DNA of 64,000 nt from Escherichia coli (GCF_003790525.1 NZ_CP033635.1), one strand, 5' to 3'. Shown: positions 1 through 11,048, counted from the first letter of the stretch. Notes: generated by a model from the sequence alone, not told the origin. Made by a program: numbers and translations.

Positions 1-498
1 AAAGCGTATGTGGTGGGCGAAGGCGCACTGATTCATGAACTGTACAAAGCCGGTTTCACTATTACCGATGTGAACCCTGATTTTGTGATTGTTGGCGAAA
101 CGCGTTCCTACAACTGGGACATGATGCATAAAGCAGCCTATTTCGTCGCTAACGGTGCACGCTTTATCGCCACCAACCCGGACACCCACGGGCGCGGTTT
201 TTATCCGGCCTGTGGCGCGTTGTGTGCAGGCATCGAAAAAATCTCCGGACGTAAACCGTTCTATGTTGGTAAGCCGAGTCCGTGGATCATCCGCGCAGCA
301 TTAAACAAAATGCAGGCGCATTCGGAAGAAACGGTGATTGTCGGCGATAACTTGCGCACCGACATTCTGGCGGGCTTCCAGGCGGGTCTGGAGACGATTC
401 TGGTGCTTTCTGGTGTTTCATCGCTCGACGATATCGACAGTATGCCGTTCCGCCCAAGCTGGATTTACCCGTCGGTCGCTGAAATCGACGTTATCTGA
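1..498 (+). CDS. umpH: UMP phosphatase, HAD superfamily (5'-truncated by window edge; C-terminal ~165 aa)
   Basis: ORF in frame from nt 1 to stop at 496-498; translation matches recalled NagD/UmpH C-terminus and sits upstream of asnB as in E. coli. Confidence 0.85.
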   Translation, partial: KAYVVGEGALIHELYKAGFTITDVNPDFVIVGETRSYNWDMMHKAAYFVANGARFIATNPDTHGRGFYPACGALCAGIEKISGRKPFYVGKPSPWIIRAALNKMQAHSEETVIVGDNLRTDILAGFQAGLETILVLSGVSSLDDIDSMPFRPSWIYPSVAEIDVI

Positions 499-754
499 AT
501 AGCAACCACGCCTCAGGGCGTGGTTTCTTATTTTTAGCCATCATTAAAATCATCCTATTCAATAAAACCCGCCCAAAATTATCGATCCATCAATAAATAC
601 GTCACCACACCCTATCCTTTTTCACAAATCAGCAATCGCCATTACGTTTTTTATTTTTCCACCGCCAAATCGCTTGCGCACAGTGCTGCTTTGCGGCATT
701 TTTTTAAACAAGCAAACACAACAAGCAACAAATACCAGGTTAACGGAGAAGGTT

Positions 755-2419
755 ATGTGTTCAATTTTTGGCGTATTCGATATCAAAACAGACGCAGTTG
801 AGCTGCGGAAGAAAGCCCTCGAGCTGTCACGCCTGATGCGTCATCGTGGCCCGGACTGGTCCGGTATTTATGCCAGCGATAACGCCATTCTCGCTCACGA
901 ACGTCTGTCAATTGTTGACGTTAACGCAGGGGCGCAACCTCTCTACAACCAACAAAAAACCCACGTACTGGCGGTAAACGGTGAAATCTACAACCACCAG
1001 GCACTGCGCGCCGAATATGGCGATCGTTATCAGTTCCAGACCGGATCTGACTGCGAAGTGATCCTCGCGCTGTATCAGGAAAAAGGGCCGGAATTTCTTG
1101 ACGACTTGCAGGGCATGTTTGCCTTTGCCCTGTACGACAGCGAAAAAGATGCCTACCTGATTGGTCGCGACCATCTGGGGATCATCCCACTGTATATGGG
1201 CTATGACGAACATGGTCAGCTGTATGTGGCCTCAGAAATGAAAGCCCTGGTGCCGGTATGCCGCACGATTAAAGAGTTCCCGGCGGGGAGCTATTTGTGG
1301 AGTCAGGACGGCGAAATCCGTTCTTATTATCATCGCGACTGGTTCGACTACGATGCGGTGAAAGATAACGTGACCGACAAAAACGAGCTGCGTCAGGCAC
1401 TGGAAGATTCCGTTAAAAGCCATCTGATGTCTGATGTGCCTTACGGTGTGCTGCTATCTGGTGGCCTGGATTCCTCAATCATTTCCGCTATCACCAAGAA
1501 ATACGCCGCCCGTCGCGTGGAAGATCAGGAACGCTCTGAAGCCTGGTGGCCGCAGCTGCACTCCTTTGCTGTAGGTCTGCCGGGTTCACCGGATCTGAAG
1601 GCAGCCCAGGAAGTGGCAAACCATCTGGGCACTGTGCATCATGAAATTCACTTCACTGTACAGGAAGGTCTGGACGCCATCCGCGACGTGATTTACCACA
1701 TCGAAACCTATGACGTGACGACAATCCGCGCTTCAACACCGATGTATTTAATGTCGCGTAAGATCAAGGCGATGGGCATTAAAATGGTGCTGTCCGGTGA
1801 AGGATCTGATGAAGTGTTTGGCGGTTATCTTTACTTCCACAAAGCGCCGAATGCCAAAGAACTGCATGAAGAGACGGTGCGTAAACTGCTGGCCCTGCAT
1901 ATGTATGACTGCGCGCGTGCCAACAAAGCGATGTCAGCCTGGGGCGTGGAAGCACGCGTTCCGTTCCTCGACAAAAAATTCCTCGACGTGGCGATGCGCA
2001 TTAACCCACAGGATAAAATGTGCGGTAACGGCAAAATGGAAAAACACATCCTGCGTGAATGTTTTGAAGCGTATCTGCCCGCAAGCGTGGCCTGGCGGCA
2101 GAAAGAGCAGTTCTCCGATGGCGTCGGTTACAGTTGGATCGACACCCTGAAAGAAGTGGCGGCGCAGCAGGTTTCTGATCAACAGCTGGAAACTGCCCGC
2201 TTCCGCTTCCCGTACAACACACCGACCTCAAAAGAAGCGTATCTGTACCGGGAGATCTTTGAAGAACTGTTCCCGCTTCCGAGCGCCGCTGAGTGCGTGC
2301 CGGGCGGTCCTTCCGTCGCGTGTTCTTCCGCTAAAGCGATTGAGTGGGATGAAGCGTTCAAGAAAATGGACGATCCGTCTGGTCGCGCGGTTGGTGTTCA
2401 CCAGTCGGCATATAAATAA
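755..2419 (+). CDS. asnB: asparagine synthetase B (glutamine-hydrolysing), 554 aa
   Basis: ATG at 755 preceded by GGAGAA (745-750); N-terminus MCSIFGVFDIK with catalytic Cys2; the ORF-track start at 674 is an upstream in-frame extension. Confidence 0.95.
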   Translation: MCSIFGVFDIKTDAVELRKKALELSRLMRHRGPDWSGIYASDNAILAHERLSIVDVNAGAQPLYNQQKTHVLAVNGEIYNHQALRAEYGDRYQFQTGSDCEVILALYQEKGPEFLDDLQGMFAFALYDSEKDAYLIGRDHLGIIPLYMGYDEHGQLYVASEMKALVPVCRTIKEFPAGSYLWSQDGEIRSYYHRDWFDYDAVKDNVTDKNELRQALEDSVKSHLMSDVPYGVLLSGGLDSSIISAITKKYAARRVEDQERSEAWWPQLHSFAVGLPGSPDLKAAQEVANHLGTVHHEIHFTVQEGLDAIRDVIYHIETYDVTTIRASTPMYLMSRKIKAMGIKMVLSGEGSDEVFGGYLYFHKAPNAKELHEETVRKLLALHMYDCARANKAMSAWGVEARVPFLDKKFLDVAMRINPQDKMCGNGKMEKHILRECFEAYLPASVAWRQKEQFSDGVGYSWIDTLKEVAAQQVSDQQLETARFRFPYNTPTSKEAYLYREIFEELFPLPSAAECVPGGPSVACSSAKAIEWDEAFKKMDDPSGRAVGVHQSAYK

Positions 2420-2432
2420 GACGTATAATATT

Positions 2433-2460
2433 GCCCCGGAGAAATCCGGGGCAATTTCAG
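2433..2460 (+). terminator. hairpin downstream of asnB (gccccgg-agaaat-ccggggc) followed by a weak T-run
   Basis: inverted repeat 2433-2452 read directly; T-tract is weak. Confidence 0.4.
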
Positions 2461-2730
2461 TTACTGGGGCGCTTGTTGATTCTGATATGCAGTAAGGAAA
2501 TGTTCCGGGTTTGCCACATCGCTGTTTGACAACTCATTACTGTAGGCCAGTATTTCATAGATTAATTTCCCACCACTATTGTTGAATTCCGAATTTCATC
2601 CTGTATGACAAAAGAATGGCTGTAGGGTGGGGAAAAAACACAAAGTAAACAATAATTGACGAATATAGCGCCACGCTGTTCGCAACCTAACCAAACAGTC
2701 ACTTTCGAGCAATTTTCCTTGAAAAAGAGG

Positions 2731-2760
2731 TTGACGCTGCAAGGCTCTATACGCATAATG
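2731..2760 (+). promoter_or_regulatory. candidate sigma70 promoter of the tRNA operon (TTGACG -35, 17-bp spacer, CATAAT -10, GC-rich discriminator gcgccccgc)
   Basis: motifs read in sequence ~40 bp upstream of the first tRNA; GC-rich discriminator is typical of stringently controlled stable-RNA promoters. Confidence 0.55.
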
Positions 2761-2799
2761 CGCCCCGCAACGCCGATAAGGTATCGCGAAAAAAAAGAT

Positions 2800-2876
2800 G
2801 GCTACGTAGCTCAGTTGGTTAGAGCACATCACTCATAATGATGGGGTCACAGGTTCGAATCCCGTCGTAGCCACCA
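2800..2876 (+). tRNA. metT: tRNA-Met (elongator, anticodon CAT)
   Basis: 77-nt sequence GGCTACGTAGCTCAGTTGGTTAGAGCACATCACTCATAATGATGG...GTAGCCACCA with encoded CCA. Confidence 0.97.
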
Positions 2877-2884
2877 TCTTTTTT

Positions 2885-2969
2885 GCGGGAGTGGCGAAAT
2901 TGGTAGACGCACCAGATTTAGGTTCTGGCGCCGCAAGGTGTGCGAGTTCAAGTCTCGCCTCCCGCACCA
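2885..2969 (+). tRNA. leuW: tRNA-Leu (anticodon TAG), long variable arm
   Basis: 85-nt sequence GCGGGAGTGGCGAAATTGGTAGACGCACCAGATTTAGGTTCTGG...CCCGCACCA. Confidence 0.96.
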
Positions 2970-2992
2970 TTCACCAGAAAGCGTTGTACGGA

Positions 2993-3067
2993 TGGGGTAT
3001 CGCCAAGCGGTAAGGCACCGGTTTTTGATACCGGCATTCCCTGGTTCGAATCCAGGTACCCCAGCCA
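2993..3067 (+). tRNA. glnU: tRNA-Gln (anticodon TTG)
   Basis: 75-nt TGGGGTATCGCCAAGCGGTAAGGCACCGGTTTTTGATACCGG...CCCCAGCCA. Confidence 0.96.
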
Positions 3068-3101
3068 TCTTCTTCGAGTAAGCGGTTCACCGCCCGGTTA
3101 T

Positions 3102-3176
3102 TGGGGTATCGCCAAGCGGTAAGGCACCGGTTTTTGATACCGGCATTCCCTGGTTCGAATCCAGGTACCCCAGCCA
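3102..3176 (+). tRNA. glnW: tRNA-Gln (anticodon TTG), second copy
   Basis: same 75-nt sequence as 2993-3067. Confidence 0.96.
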
Positions 3177-3191
3177 TCGAAGAAACAATCT

Positions 3192-3268
3192 GGCTACGTA
3201 GCTCAGTTGGTTAGAGCACATCACTCATAATGATGGGGTCACAGGTTCGAATCCCGTCGTAGCCACCA
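3192..3268 (+). tRNA. metU: tRNA-Met (elongator, anticodon CAT), second copy
   Basis: same 77-nt sequence as 2800-2876. Confidence 0.96.
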
Positions 3269-3316
3269 AATTCTGAATGTGTCGAATATGTTCGGCAAAT
3301 TCAAAAACCAATTTGT

Positions 3317-3391
3317 TGGGGTATCGCCAAGCGGTAAGGCACCGGATTCTGATTCCGGCATTCCGAGGTTCGAATCCTCGTACCCCAGCCA
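3317..3391 (+). tRNA. glnV: tRNA-Gln (anticodon CTG)
   Basis: 75-nt TGGGGTATCGCCAAGCGGTAAGGCACCGGATTCTGATTCCGG...CCCCAGCCA; anticodon is wild-type CTG (not the supE amber-suppressor CTA). Confidence 0.96.
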
Positions 3392-3428
3392 ATTTATTCA
3401 AGACACTTACCTTGTAAGTGCACCCAGT

Positions 3429-3503
3429 TGGGGTATCGCCAAGCGGTAAGGCACCGGATTCTGATTCCGGCATTCCGAGGTTCGAATCCTCGTACCCCAG
3501 CCA
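3429..3503 (+). tRNA. glnX: tRNA-Gln (anticodon CTG), second copy
   Basis: same 75-nt sequence as 3317-3391. Confidence 0.96.
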
Positions 3504-3507
3504 CATT

Positions 3508-3540
3508 AAAAAAGCTCGCTTCGGCGAGCTTTTTGCTTTT
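3508..3540 (+). terminator. rho-independent terminator of the tRNA operon (agctcgc-ttcg-gcgagct + TTTTTGCTTTT)
   Basis: perfect 7-bp stem with tetraloop directly followed by T-run, 5 nt after the last tRNA. Confidence 0.85.
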
Positions 3541-3718
3541 CTGCGTATATTCAATGTCGAATGCGATGTTGATACAGCTAATTTGAATTTGGCCCACGGT
3601 TCAGGGCAAACCAGCCTGGAAGCACACTCAGGCGCGGTTTTCCCCCTCACCCTAACCCTCACCCGAGGGGCGAGGGGACCGTCCGCACGCTTTTGTAGCT
3701 TTGGTATCAACCGTTACG

Positions 3719-4894
3719 CTACAACCCTAACGCATATTTCAGCGCCTGACGTTTCAACACGCCAGCACGCTCCGCCGCCATTAATCCGAGATTACGCATA
3801 AAACGCAGTGGTGGCAGATTATTGCTGAATCCGGCATAAAACAGATCCATACCGCTTTGCATAATGAAGTTATCCGCCATGCGCCGCATCTGGTAACGCT
3901 TGAGCACAGGATAACTGGCCCACGCTTCGCCGTAGCTGCGGGCGTTCACCAGAACGTCAATCAGGGCATCGACATCACGATAACCAAGATTCACCCCCTG
4001 CCCCGCCAGCGGATGGATGGTATGCGCGGCATCTCCCACCAGTGCCAATCCCGGCTGAACATACTGCAACGCATGGCGACGTGTCAGCGGAAACGCCCCC
4101 GCGGCAAGCGGTGTCACGTAACCCAGACGCGACGGGAAATGCTTCGCGATTTCCGCCTGTAGCTGCGCCATATTCATATTCTGCAACTGGCGAATGCGCG
4201 CCGGAGAGTCATACCACACCAGCGATGCCCAGTTATCAAACAACGGCAGAAACGCACGCGGTCCGTCCGGGGTAAATTGCTGCCAGGTGCTATCGCCGGG
4301 ATCGTTCTCGCACTGTACGCTAATCAACATACACGACTGTGCATACTGCCAGGCATGAACGCCAATTCCCGCCATCTGCCGCACCTGCGAATTTGCGCCG
4401 TCGGCACCAATCACCAGCTTCGCGCGGATCGTTTCACCGCCCTTCAGTTCCAGCTCCTGAAGATCATTATGGCGATGCAGCGCAATCAGCGAGCCTGGCA
4501 CACGTAACGTTACTTTCGGATGCGCTTCCAGCGCCTGCCACAGCGCCTGTTGCAGGACAGTGTTTTCCACCATGTAGCCAAGCAACGGTAGCTTAAGTTC
4601 AGCGGCGTCAAACACCACATGCGCCGTTTCCCACTCCCACGTTTCCAGTCTGCGGTAAGGATGGCAACGCATAGCCTGTACTGCATCCCAGACCCCTAAC
4701 CCTTTAAGCAATGATACCGAAGCCGCACTAATCGCCGAGATCCGCACGTCCGGCTGGCTGTCAGCGACAAACGGTGCAGGTTGGGCATGTTCGATAACCA
4801 TTACCGAAAATCCGTGCTGAGCCAGTCCCAGCGCCAGTGCGCCGCCGACCATTCCTCCGCCGACAATGGCAATTTCCGTTGGTTGATTTGTCAT
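3719..4894 (-). CDS. ubiF: 2-octaprenyl-3-methyl-6-methoxy-1,4-benzoquinol hydroxylase (FAD monooxygenase), 391 aa
   Basis: N-terminal Rossmann motif IAIVGGGMVGGALALGL; ORF may start two codons upstream at 4900 (ATGACCATG). Confidence 0.93.
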   Translation of the reverse strand: MTNQPTEIAIVGGGMVGGALALGLAQHGFSVMVIEHAQPAPFVADSQPDVRISAISAASVSLLKGLGVWDAVQAMRCHPYRRLETWEWETAHVVFDAAELKLPLLGYMVENTVLQQALWQALEAHPKVTLRVPGSLIALHRHNDLQELELKGGETIRAKLVIGADGANSQVRQMAGIGVHAWQYAQSCMLISVQCENDPGDSTWQQFTPDGPRAFLPLFDNWASLVWYDSPARIRQLQNMNMAQLQAEIAKHFPSRLGYVTPLAAGAFPLTRRHALQYVQPGLALVGDAAHTIHPLAGQGVNLGYRDVDALIDVLVNARSYGEAWASYPVLKRYQMRRMADNFIMQSGMDLFYAGFSNNLPPLRFMRNLGLMAAERAGVLKRQALKYALGL

Positions 4895-5039
4895 GGTCAA
4901 TCATCCTGTTAGCAATATGCTTTAAGTTTACAGGATTTTTACCCCCAAGGGCTGATAACGCTCATACTGGTCACAACGGCAGCAAAGCATTACACTATGC
5001 GCCCTGCATTCCTGGCTACTATTTCGCAAGAGCAAGTCG

Positions 5040-6464
5040 ATGACCAAAAAACTCCATATTAAAACCTGGGGCTGTCAGATGAACGAGTACGATTCATCGA
5101 AGATGGCCGATCTGCTGGATGCCACCCACGGCTATCAACTGACCGATGTGGCGGAAGAAGCGGATGTGCTGCTGCTGAACACCTGCTCAATCCGCGAGAA
5201 GGCTCAGGAAAAAGTCTTCCATCAGTTGGGTCGCTGGAAACTGTTAAAAGAGAAGAATCCAGACCTGATTATCGGCGTCGGCGGCTGCGTGGCATCGCAA
5301 GAAGGCGAGCACATTCGCCAGCGCGCCCACTATGTCGATATTATTTTTGGGCCGCAAACGCTGCACCGTCTGCCGGAGATGATCAACTCCGTGCGCGGCG
5401 ACCGCAGCCCGGTTGTAGATATCAGCTTCCCGGAAATCGAGAAGTTTGACCGTCTGCCGGAACCGCGCGCCGAAGGGCCGACCGCGTTTGTCTCCATCAT
5501 GGAAGGCTGCAATAAATATTGCACCTACTGCGTAGTGCCTTACACCCGTGGTGAAGAGGTAAGCCGTCCGTCCGACGATATTCTGTTTGAAATTGCCCAG
5601 CTTGCGGCTCAGGGCGTGCGTGAAGTCAACCTGCTCGGTCAGAACGTGAACGCCTGGCGTGGTGAGAACTACGACGGCACCACCGGATCGTTTGCCGACC
5701 TGCTGCGTCTGGTTGCGGCGATCGACGGGATCGATCGTATTCGCTTTACCACCAGCCATCCGATCGAATTCACCGACGATATCATCGAAGTGTACCGCGA
5801 CACGCCGGAGCTGGTGAGTTTCCTGCATCTGCCGGTACAGAGCGGTTCCGATCGCATTCTGAACCTGATGGGACGTACCCATACAGCGCTGGAGTACAAA
5901 GCGATCATCCGTAAACTGCGTGCGGCGCGTCCGGATATTCAGATCAGTTCTGACTTCATCGTTGGCTTCCCTGGCGAAACCACCGAAGACTTCGAGAAAA
6001 CGATGAAGCTGATTGCCGACGTCAATTTCGACATGAGCTACAGCTTTATCTTCTCTGCACGTCCGGGTACGCCAGCCGCCGATATGGTTGATGATGTTCC
6101 GGAAGAAGAGAAGAAGCAGCGTCTGTATATTCTGCAAGAACGTATTAATCAGCAAGCGATGGCATGGAGCCGCCGGATGCTCGGCACCACCCAGCGTATT
6201 CTGGTAGAAGGTACATCGCGTAAGAGCATCATGGAGCTTTCCGGTCGCACTGAAAATAACCGCGTGGTCAACTTTGAAGGCACGCCAGATATGATCGGTA
6301 AATTCGTCGATGTAGAAATTACCGACGTCTACCCGAACTCTCTGCGCGGTAAAGTGGTGCGTACTGAAGATGAAATGGGTCTGCGCGTGGCAGAAACGCC
6401 GGAATCGGTGATTGCCCGTACCCGCAAAGAAAACGACCTTGGCGTGGGTTATTATCAGCCGTAA
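5040..6464 (+). CDS. miaB: tRNA-i6A37 methylthiotransferase (radical SAM), 474 aa
   Basis: N-terminus [19 protein letters not shown] plus radical-SAM CNKYCTYC motif. Confidence 0.95.
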
Positions 6465-6616
6465 TTCTCAGGCCCGCCGTTCCGGTGGGCCTTGTTTTTT
6501 CTCTCTTTATCCCCATCTTTATCGCAATGCTTGCGCCTTTTTCCTGTGGCGTGAATAATTTCCTTATAGGCCGGTGAATGTTCAGCTTCCGGCGGCATAC
6601 AGATAAGAGGAACGGT

Positions 6617-7657
6617 TTGAACATAGACACTCGCGAAATCACCCTGGAGCCAGCAGACAATGCGCGTCTGTTGAGCCTGTGCGGCCCGTTTGATGACAAC
6701 ATCAAGCAGCTCGAACGCCGTCTCGGCATCGAGATCAATCGCCGCGATAACCACTTTAAACTGACCGGCCGTCCGATTTGCGTCACCGCTGCGGCAGACA
6801 TTCTGCGTAGCCTGTATGTCGATACTGCCCCGATGCGTGGTCAGATTCAGGATATCGAACCGGAACAGATCCACCTTGCGATTAAAGAAGCGCGGGTACT
6901 GGAGCAAAGCGCGGAGAGCGTGCCGGAGTACGGCAAAGCGGTCAATATCAAAACCAAACGCGGCGTAATCAAGCCGCGTACGCCAAACCAGGCGCAGTAC
7001 ATCGCCAATATTCTCGACCATGACATCACCTTCGGCGTTGGCCCGGCGGGTACGGGTAAAACCTACCTGGCAGTGGCTGCGGCAGTTGATGCCCTGGAGC
7101 GTCAGGAAATTCGCCGTATTCTGCTGACTCGTCCGGCGGTAGAAGCCGGTGAGAAACTGGGCTTCCTGCCTGGCGATTTAAGCCAGAAAGTAGACCCGTA
7201 TTTGCGCCCACTGTACGACGCGCTGTTTGAAATGCTGGGCTTTGAGAAAGTCGAGAAACTGATTGAGCGCAACGTTATTGAAGTCGCGCCGCTGGCCTAT
7301 ATGCGTGGTCGTACGCTGAACGACGCGTTTATCATTCTCGATGAGAGCCAGAACACTACCATCGAACAGATGAAGATGTTCCTGACCCGTATCGGTTTTA
7401 ACTCAAAAGCGGTTATCACCGGCGACGTCACGCAGATCGACTTGCCGCGTAATACTAAATCAGGCTTACGTCACGCTATCGAAGTGTTAGCCGATGTCGA
7501 AGAGATCAGCTTTAACTTCTTCCACAGCGAAGACGTGGTTCGTCACCCGGTGGTGGCGCGTATCGTTAACGCTTATGAAGCCTGGGAAGAAGCAGAACAA
7601 AAACGTAAAGCGGCGCTGGCAGCAGAACGCAAGCGCGAAGAACAGGAACAAAAATGA
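6617..7657 (+). CDS. ybeZ: PhoH-like ATPase, 346 aa, TTG start
   Basis: TTG at 6617 with AAGAGG 6 nt upstream; Walker [11 protein letters not shown]; ORF-track start at 6578 is an upstream extension. Confidence 0.9.
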   Translation: MNIDTREITLEPADNARLLSLCGPFDDNIKQLERRLGIEINRRDNHFKLTGRPICVTAAADILRSLYVDTAPMRGQIQDIEPEQIHLAIKEARVLEQSAESVPEYGKAVNIKTKRGVIKPRTPNQAQYIANILDHDITFGVGPAGTGKTYLAVAAAVDALERQEIRRILLTRPAVEAGEKLGFLPGDLSQKVDPYLRPLYDALFEMLGFEKVEKLIERNVIEVAPLAYMRGRTLNDAFIILDESQNTTIEQMKMFLTRIGFNSKAVITGDVTQIDLPRNTKSGLRHAIEVLADVEEISFNFFHSEDVVRHPVVARIVNAYEAWEEAEQKRKAALAAERKREEQEQK

Positions 7658-8121
7658 GTCAGGTGATCCTCGATTTACAACTGGCATGTGAAGATAATTC
7701 CGGGTTACCGGAAGAGAGCCAGTTTCAGACATGGCTGAATGCGGTGATCCCGCAGTTTCAGGAAGAATCGGAAGTGACTATTCGCGTGGTCGATACCGCC
7801 GAAAGCCACAGTCTGAATCTGACCTATCGCGGTAAGGATAAGCCGACCAACGTGCTCTCCTTCCCGTTTGAAGTGCCGCCTGGCATGGAAATGTCGCTAC
7901 TGGGCGATCTGGTTATCTGCCGTCAGGTGGTTGAGAAGGAAGCTCAGGAGCAAGGCAAACCACTGGAGGCGCACTGGGCGCATATGGTGGTGCACGGCAG
8001 TCTGCATTTGTTAGGTTACGATCACATCGAAGATGACGAAGCAGAAGAAATGGAAGCCATCGAAACAGAGATTATGCTTGCTCTGGGCTATGAGGATCCG
8101 TACATTGCCGAGAAAGAATAA
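7654..8121 (+). CDS. ybeY: endoribonuclease YbeY (16S rRNA 3'-end maturation), 155 aa
   Basis: ATGA overlap with ybeZ stop; metal-binding [11 protein letters not shown] motif. Confidence 0.95.
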   Translation: MSQVILDLQLACEDNSGLPEESQFQTWLNAVIPQFQEESEVTIRVVDTAESHSLNLTYRGKDKPTNVLSFPFEVPPGMEMSLLGDLVICRQVVEKEAQEQGKPLEAHWAHMVVHGSLHLLGYDHIEDDEAEEMEAIETEIMLALGYEDPYIAEKE

Positions 8122-8210
8122 TTTGCCAGGCATTTGACTGGCAGACGTCCCCGCCGTTGGTGATTAACGACGGCGTTTTGATTAACTAACATGAGAACCC
8201 ATACGACGCC

Positions 8211-9089
8211 ATGAGCGACGACAATTCACACAGTAGTGACACGATAAGCAACAAGAAGGGATTTTTCTCCCTGTTACTCAGCCAACTTTTCCACGGTGAA
8301 CCGAAAAACCGTGACGAACTGCTGGCGCTGATCCGTGATTCCGGGCAGAACGACCTTATCGACGAAGATACGCGCGATATGCTCGAAGGGGTGATGGACA
8401 TCGCAGACCAACGCGTCCGCGACATCATGATCCCCCGCTCCCAGATGATTACCCTGAAACGCAACCAGACGCTGGACGAATGCCTTGATGTCATCATTGA
8501 GTCCGCCCACTCACGTTTCCCGGTGATTAGCGAAGACAAAGATCACATTGAAGGGATTCTGATGGCGAAAGACTTGCTGCCGTTTATGCGCAGCGATGCT
8601 GAAGCCTTCAGCATGGACAAAGTGTTACGTCAGGCGGTTGTCGTTCCTGAAAGTAAGCGCGTAGACCGGATGCTGAAAGAGTTTCGCTCTCAGCGTTACC
8701 ACATGGCGATCGTCATTGACGAATTCGGTGGAGTTTCCGGTCTGGTGACCATTGAAGACATCCTGGAACTGATTGTTGGTGAGATTGAAGACGAGTATGA
8801 CGAAGAAGATGATATCGACTTCCGTCAGCTGAGTCGTCATACCTGGACCGTGCGCGCACTGGCTTCTATTGAAGACTTCAACGAAGCGTTCGGCACCCAC
8901 TTTAGCGATGAAGAGGTTGACACTATCGGTGGTCTGGTGATGCAGGCATTTGGGCATCTTCCGGCGCGTGGCGAAACCATCGACATCGACGGTTACCAGT
9001 TCAAAGTGGCGATGGCCGACAGTCGGCGTATTATTCAGGTTCATGTCAAAATCCCGGATGACTCACCCCAGCCGAAGCTGGATGAATAA
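8211..9089 (+). CDS. corC: CorC/YbeX magnesium-cobalt efflux accessory protein (CBS-pair + CorC_HlyC), 292 aa
   Basis: translation matches recalled CorC; conserved position after ybeY. Confidence 0.93.
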   Translation: MSDDNSHSSDTISNKKGFFSLLLSQLFHGEPKNRDELLALIRDSGQNDLIDEDTRDMLEGVMDIADQRVRDIMIPRSQMITLKRNQTLDECLDVIIESAHSRFPVISEDKDHIEGILMAKDLLPFMRSDAEAFSMDKVLRQAVVVPESKRVDRMLKEFRSQRYHMAIVIDEFGGVSGLVTIEDILELIVGEIEDEYDEEDDIDFRQLSRHTWTVRALASIEDFNEAFGTHFSDEEVDTIGGLVMQAFGHLPARGETIDIDGYQFKVAMADSRRIIQVHVKIPDDSPQPKLDE

Positions 9090-9113
9090 AACCGAAACTG
9101 GATAGATAACTAC

Positions 9114-10652
9114 ATGGCTTTTGCCTCATTAATTGAACGCCAGCGCATTCGCCTGCTGCTGGCGTTATTATTCGGTGCCTGCGGAACGCTGGCCTTCTCT
9201 CCTTACGACGTCTGGCCTGCGGCGATTATTTCGCTGATGGGGCTTCAGGCGTTGACCTTTAACCGCCGTCCACTCCAGTCTGCCGCTATTGGCTTTTGCT
9301 GGGGATTTGGCCTCTTTGGCAGCGGTATTAACTGGGTCTATGTCAGCATCGCGACCTTTGGCGGAATGCCTGGCCCGGTTAACATCTTCCTGGTGGTACT
9401 GCTGGCGGCGTATTTGTCGCTGTATACCGGACTGTTTGCTGGCGTGCTGTCGCGTCTGTGGCCGAAAACCACCTGGCTGCGCGTGGCGATTGCCGCCCCT
9501 GCTCTCTGGCAAGTGACCGAGTTTCTGCGCGGTTGGGTACTAACAGGCTTCCCGTGGTTACAGTTCGGCTATAGCCAGATTGATGGCCCGTTAAAAGGGC
9601 TGGCACCGCTAATGGGCGTGGAAGCCATTAACTTCCTGCTTATGATGGTTAGCGGCCTGCTGGCACTGGCGTTAGTCAAACGCAACTGGCGTCCGCTGGT
9701 GGTGGCCGTCGTGCTGTTTGCCCTACCCTTCCCGCTGCGTTACATCCAGTGGTTTACCCCGCAACCGGAGAAAACCATTCAGGTTTCGATGGTTCAGGGC
9801 GATATTCCGCAATCGCTGAAATGGGACGGAGACCAGCTACTTAATACGCTGAAGATTTACTACAACGCAACGGCACCGCTGATGGGCAAATCATCGTTGA
9901 TTATCTGGCCGGAGTCGGCGATAACCGATCTGGAAATTAATCAGCAACCGTTCCTCAAAGCACTGGACGGTGAGTTGCGCGATAAAGGTAGCTCGCTGGT
10001 AACCGGGATTGTCGACGCGCGTCTCAATAAGCAGAACCGCTACGATACCTACAACACCATCATCACACTGGGTAAAGGTGCACCGTACAGCTACGAATCA
10101 GCCGATCGCTATAACAAAAACCATCTGGTGCCGTTTGGCGAGTTTGTCCCGCTCGAGTCGATTCTGCGTCCGTTAGCACCGTTCTTTGATCTGCCGATGT
10201 CGTCGTTCAGCCGTGGGCCATATATCCAGCCGCCGCTGTCGGTAAATGGTATTGAGCTTACTGCGGCTATTTGCTACGAGATCATTCTCGGCGAGCAAGT
10301 GCGCGATAACTTCCGCCCGGATACCGACTATCTGCTGACTATCTCCAACGATGCGTGGTTTGGTAAGTCTATTGGTCCATGGCAGCACTTCCAGATGGCG
10401 CGAATGCGTGCGTTGGAGCTGGCGCGCCCACTGTTGCGCAGCACCAACAACGGCATTACGGCGGTGATTGGCCCGCAGGGTGAGATTCAGGCGATGATCC
10501 CGCAGTTCACCCGCGAGGTGTTAACCACTAATGTGACGCCGACCACCGGACTCACACCGTATGCACGTACCGGCAACTGGCCGCTGTGGGTACTGACGGC
10601 ATTGTTTGGTTTTGCCGCTGTGTTGATGAGTCTGCGTCAACGACGTAAATAA
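9114..10652 (+). CDS. lnt: apolipoprotein N-acyltransferase, 512 aa
   Basis: multi-TM N-terminus plus CN-hydrolase domain; matches recalled Lnt. Confidence 0.95.
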   Translation: MAFASLIERQRIRLLLALLFGACGTLAFSPYDVWPAAIISLMGLQALTFNRRPLQSAAIGFCWGFGLFGSGINWVYVSIATFGGMPGPVNIFLVVLLAAYLSLYTGLFAGVLSRLWPKTTWLRVAIAAPALWQVTEFLRGWVLTGFPWLQFGYSQIDGPLKGLAPLMGVEAINFLLMMVSGLLALALVKRNWRPLVVAVVLFALPFPLRYIQWFTPQPEKTIQVSMVQGDIPQSLKWDGDQLLNTLKIYYNATAPLMGKSSLIIWPESAITDLEINQQPFLKALDGELRDKGSSLVTGIVDARLNKQNRYDTYNTIITLGKGAPYSYESADRYNKNHLVPFGEFVPLESILRPLAPFFDLPMSSFSRGPYIQPPLSVNGIELTAAICYEIILGEQVRDNFRPDTDYLLTISNDAWFGKSIGPWQHFQMARMRALELARPLLRSTNNGITAVIGPQGEIQAMIPQFTREVLTTNVTPTTGLTPYARTGNWPLWVLTALFGFAAVLMSLRQRRK

Positions 10653-11048
10653 TCCCTTCTTATCGTGCCGGAATACATCCCGTATTTCGGCACGCTCGCC
10701 GGATGTGGCATCAGTGCGTTATCCGGATGACAAAATTCCCCTATCCAACTTTGGCACATCTATTGCTTTGTTATACAAGGCAAAGCTTGAACCCGCATCA
10801 GTACAACCCGGTTGCACCACAGCAATCCACCGGTAGCACCAAAAGAGTGCATTTTAAGAATTTTGCTTCGGAATGGTGCGGCGCATCTCGCAAAAACAAA
10901 CAATAAAACATCAATATCTTTACATTTAGCCAAACTAAATGTTACCTAACAAACACAACACTGCACAATAAAGTTGCAGATGATAACAACACAAACACTC
11001 ACAACGGGTATCCATGCGTTCTTAACGCAGAAGATAAAGGAGTTGGAT

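Noticed and set aside
674-754. Upstream in-frame extensions in the ORF track (asnB from 674, gltI from 10974, leuS from 23924, citC from 46911, citF from 49241, dsbG from 58770, rihA from 14351)
   Set aside because: The downstream ATG/GTG/TTG codons have proper Shine-Dalgarno spacing and give the N-termini expected for these proteins; the extensions lack ribosome-binding sites
3317-3503. Possible amber-suppressor (supE-type) allele of glnV/glnX that could read through the ybdL TAG
   Set aside because: Both copies carry the wild-type CTG anticodon (attCTGatt), so no suppressor tRNA is encoded in this window
2800-3503. Repeated ~75-nt units with spacers, superficially CRISPR-like
   Set aside because: The repeats are complete tRNA genes with cloverleaf-compatible sequence and CCA ends; no CRISPR array or cas genes occur anywhere in the window
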